Shown here piece by piece: positions 61,961-64,000 of a stretch of 64,000 bases of DNA. The stretch covers positions 496,001-560,000 of the forward strand of contig MU053431.1 in NCBI GenBank assembly GCA_013239625.1, in the 5' to 3' direction. A program made the position numbers and the translations under genes. Under the pieces are notes generated by a model. It worked only from the letters and a program-made list of their open reading frames with translations. It ran no database searches and was not told the DNA's origin. The stretch comes from Lama guanicoe (lineage: Eukaryota). Every line of letters starts with the position of its first letter. Position 1 is the first letter of the stretch.

Positions 61961-63873
61961 CAGAGCGAGGCAGGCGATGGTGGGAGGAAGCAGTGGAGCA
62001 GGGACCAGATCCCACAGACCCTTGGGCGGCACCCGTGCTCACAGATGTGACAAGTCGGAAGTGCTAGTCCTGACATTCCAGCCCCGTCTGCCCAACTGCC
62101 CGGGGGAGCGTCCCCTCAGTGTCGCCCACTGTTTAATGAAGCCCAGCAACCAGGGTGGCCGACTCCATCCTGCGTCCACGTGGGCCCCGCCTGTGCTGAC
62201 GCCGGGGTCCTGGCGACACACGTTAGATACTCTTTTCTTTTCATTTGTAGTTTTTATTTATTTTTAACTTTTTTATTAGATATTCTTATTATCTGCATTT
62301 TGCACGCAGAATCAGGGCACAGCAGGGCCACCAGGCGGTCGTGGGGACTCGAGCACCTGCGGTCCGGCTCCTGACCACGCCTCCGCGGGGTCGGAGGCAG
62401 TGGGTGTGCAGGTGACCCTGCCTTGAGTGATGTGTACCCGGGGAGGTGCGGGGCCGTGGCTGCCGCTCTCCACGCGCAGTTCCCACCTGGAGCGCTGTTT
62501 CTGGAAGGTCACTTCTGAAGGGGATGCTGTTCTGAGAAGGGAGCACCAGAGGCCCTGGAAGGGGAGGCCCTGCCCACGCGCGGGTCACTCCGCAGGACTC
62601 AGCACTGCGCTCCGGGGCTGAGCGGACGGGGCCGCCGCCCAGGCCTGGCCAGGTGGCCGTGCCCTGGGCGGCATGCTGAGCGCGCGTGGGCCTCACGGTG
62701 ACGCTGGCTTCAGACCTGCGTTGGCATCGCCCGTCCCCAGGTGGCCACAGCTGTCGTCACCCGTAGGTTTCATTGTGTCAGGAGGGGCAGGGGTGAGACC
62801 CCCGAATGTTTTCTAGAGACTTGGTTTTCCTGAGACTCCTCACAGTTGGGATGCCCCAGTCACCCCCGACGGCGGGAAGGCGGAGAGGAGCATCAGGGCC
62901 TCTGAGAGCTGTCACTGCACAGGCGTAAACTGCCAGAGGTGTCTCCCCGCGCCCACCCTGGGGATGCTGGTCTGAATAACTCAGGCAACAACGCTTCCAT
63001 CGGGAACTTAAAATCATAGCAAAGTGGTCGACAGAGCGGTTCCTTCTGGGCTCTAACTCCTAGGATCCACTTCAAATGTCTGAGAAAATATAATTTTATG
63101 CATAAAAAAGGGCCAGGAGGCTACGTACACACATATAAAGCCCTGTTAACACGAGCAGGGGGTTATGGAAGGCTACTGTTTTTCCTCTTTTAAGAAACCA
63201 CCCGCACATACTAAGATTCCACGCTGTGCTTTCCAGAGAACTCGTGGAAGGAGCATAAACGTGCAAACGCAACCCCGACGTCGCACAGCGCGTCCAGTGG
63301 TGTGAAGCCCCTCCGTCCCTGGCTCCAGGCCGTGCCCGGGCCCAGGAAGGGCTGGGACACGCAGGCTGTGCCCTGCACGGGGGGAAGGTGGTTCCATCGG
63401 TGACTGTGCCCTGCGCGTGTGATGGTGCTCCGGGTGCTTATTTAGCTGCCTGTCGAGCGAGGGTGACAGTCCCTCCTGGGTTCAGTTGAGTGGGACCGTT
63501 ACCCAGGCCGCTACCCAGGATGGCCGCAGGTCCAGCAAGAGGCCCTGCCAGCAAGACCCTCCGGAACGGCAGGTCGTGGTCCTCTCCCCGCCCTTTCTGA
63601 ACCGTCCCCTGCTCTCGTGTGTCCCCCGACGTCTTCCCAGAGATCTCCTTCCTTGCTCGATTTGACCGGCAGGAGTGTGTTGTTACAGCGAATGTCCCCA
63701 CACGGCAGCAGTGCCACGTGAGCGATCTCTGGCTCCCGGGAAGTCCAGACGCAGCACCGTGAGTCCCTGACCCTTCCCCAGTGGTGGCCTCTCGGAGAAT
63801 CGCAGCGCATCAAAGCCAAAGAGCTGGCGCTAGTGCGACACTGTTGAGTGTGTTCCGGTCCTTACCTACTCAG

Positions 63874-63966
63874 CTGTCGCCGCACTGTGAGTGACAGGAG
63901 CCTAGATTATGTCATTAGAGGGGCCTTGCTGGAAAACACAGTCCAAGTGAGGTGAGGATGTTCAAG
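63874..63966 (+). other. Candidate exon (5'UTR, possibly ending in ATG-TTC-AAG = MFK)
   Basis: Perfect donor AAG|GTAAGT at 63966/63967; plausible acceptor ccttacctactcag| at 63873; all three frames through the 93 nt contain stops, but ATG at 63958 (A at -3) runs in phase 0 into the donor. Confidence 0.4.
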
Positions 63967-64000
63967 GTAAGTCATGAGCTTTACAGACAGTCTCTCATCC

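Noticed and set aside
1..64000. Naming the host gene (RIN2 crossed my mind because of the non-coding first exon, antisense partner and very long 5' introns)
   Set aside because: No coding exon or sequence in the window that I can match to any gene; this architecture fits many loci. A BLAT/BLASTN search of 1-900 would settle it.
1..64000. CRISPR arrays, operons, tRNA/rRNA/snRNA genes, intact ERV or transposase genes, processed pseudogenes
   Set aside because: None seen by eye: no repeat-spacer structure and no recognisable structured-RNA or retrocopy sequence. An Infernal/Rfam scan and tBLASTn would be needed to exclude diverged copies.

Overview
This is mammalian (eutherian) genomic DNA, not prokaryotic. 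The repeat content (MIR, L2, MER5/MER20/MER58 hAT elements, MLT1 LTRs, L1M fragments, a MER41-like solo LTR, young cetartiodactyl-type L1 3' ends) points to an artiodactyl, probably a camelid; this is an inference from remembered consensus sequences. The window is GC- and CpG-rich. It opens in a CpG-island promoter carrying a + strand splice donor (436/437) and a weaker - strand donor (15/14). About 63 kb of intron-like, repeat-rich sequence follows, and the window ends with a candidate + strand exon with a perfect donor (63874-63966). I found no recognisable protein-coding exon, tRNA, rRNA, CRISPR array or intact transposon ORF. The ORF-track hits are explained by GC richness, trinucleotide arrays or dead L1 ORF2. 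I could not identify the host gene and found no convincing novel biological system. The best leads are modest: a possibly bidirectional promoter, a TSD-flanked solo LTR inside an L2, a possible L1 3' transduction, an orphan L1 5'UTR, (GGT/GAT)n arrays with 135-bp and 45-bp higher-order units, local GC-biased rewriting of old repeats, and several motif-dense candidate enhancers. Repeat boundaries and subfamily names were assigned by eye and are approximate.
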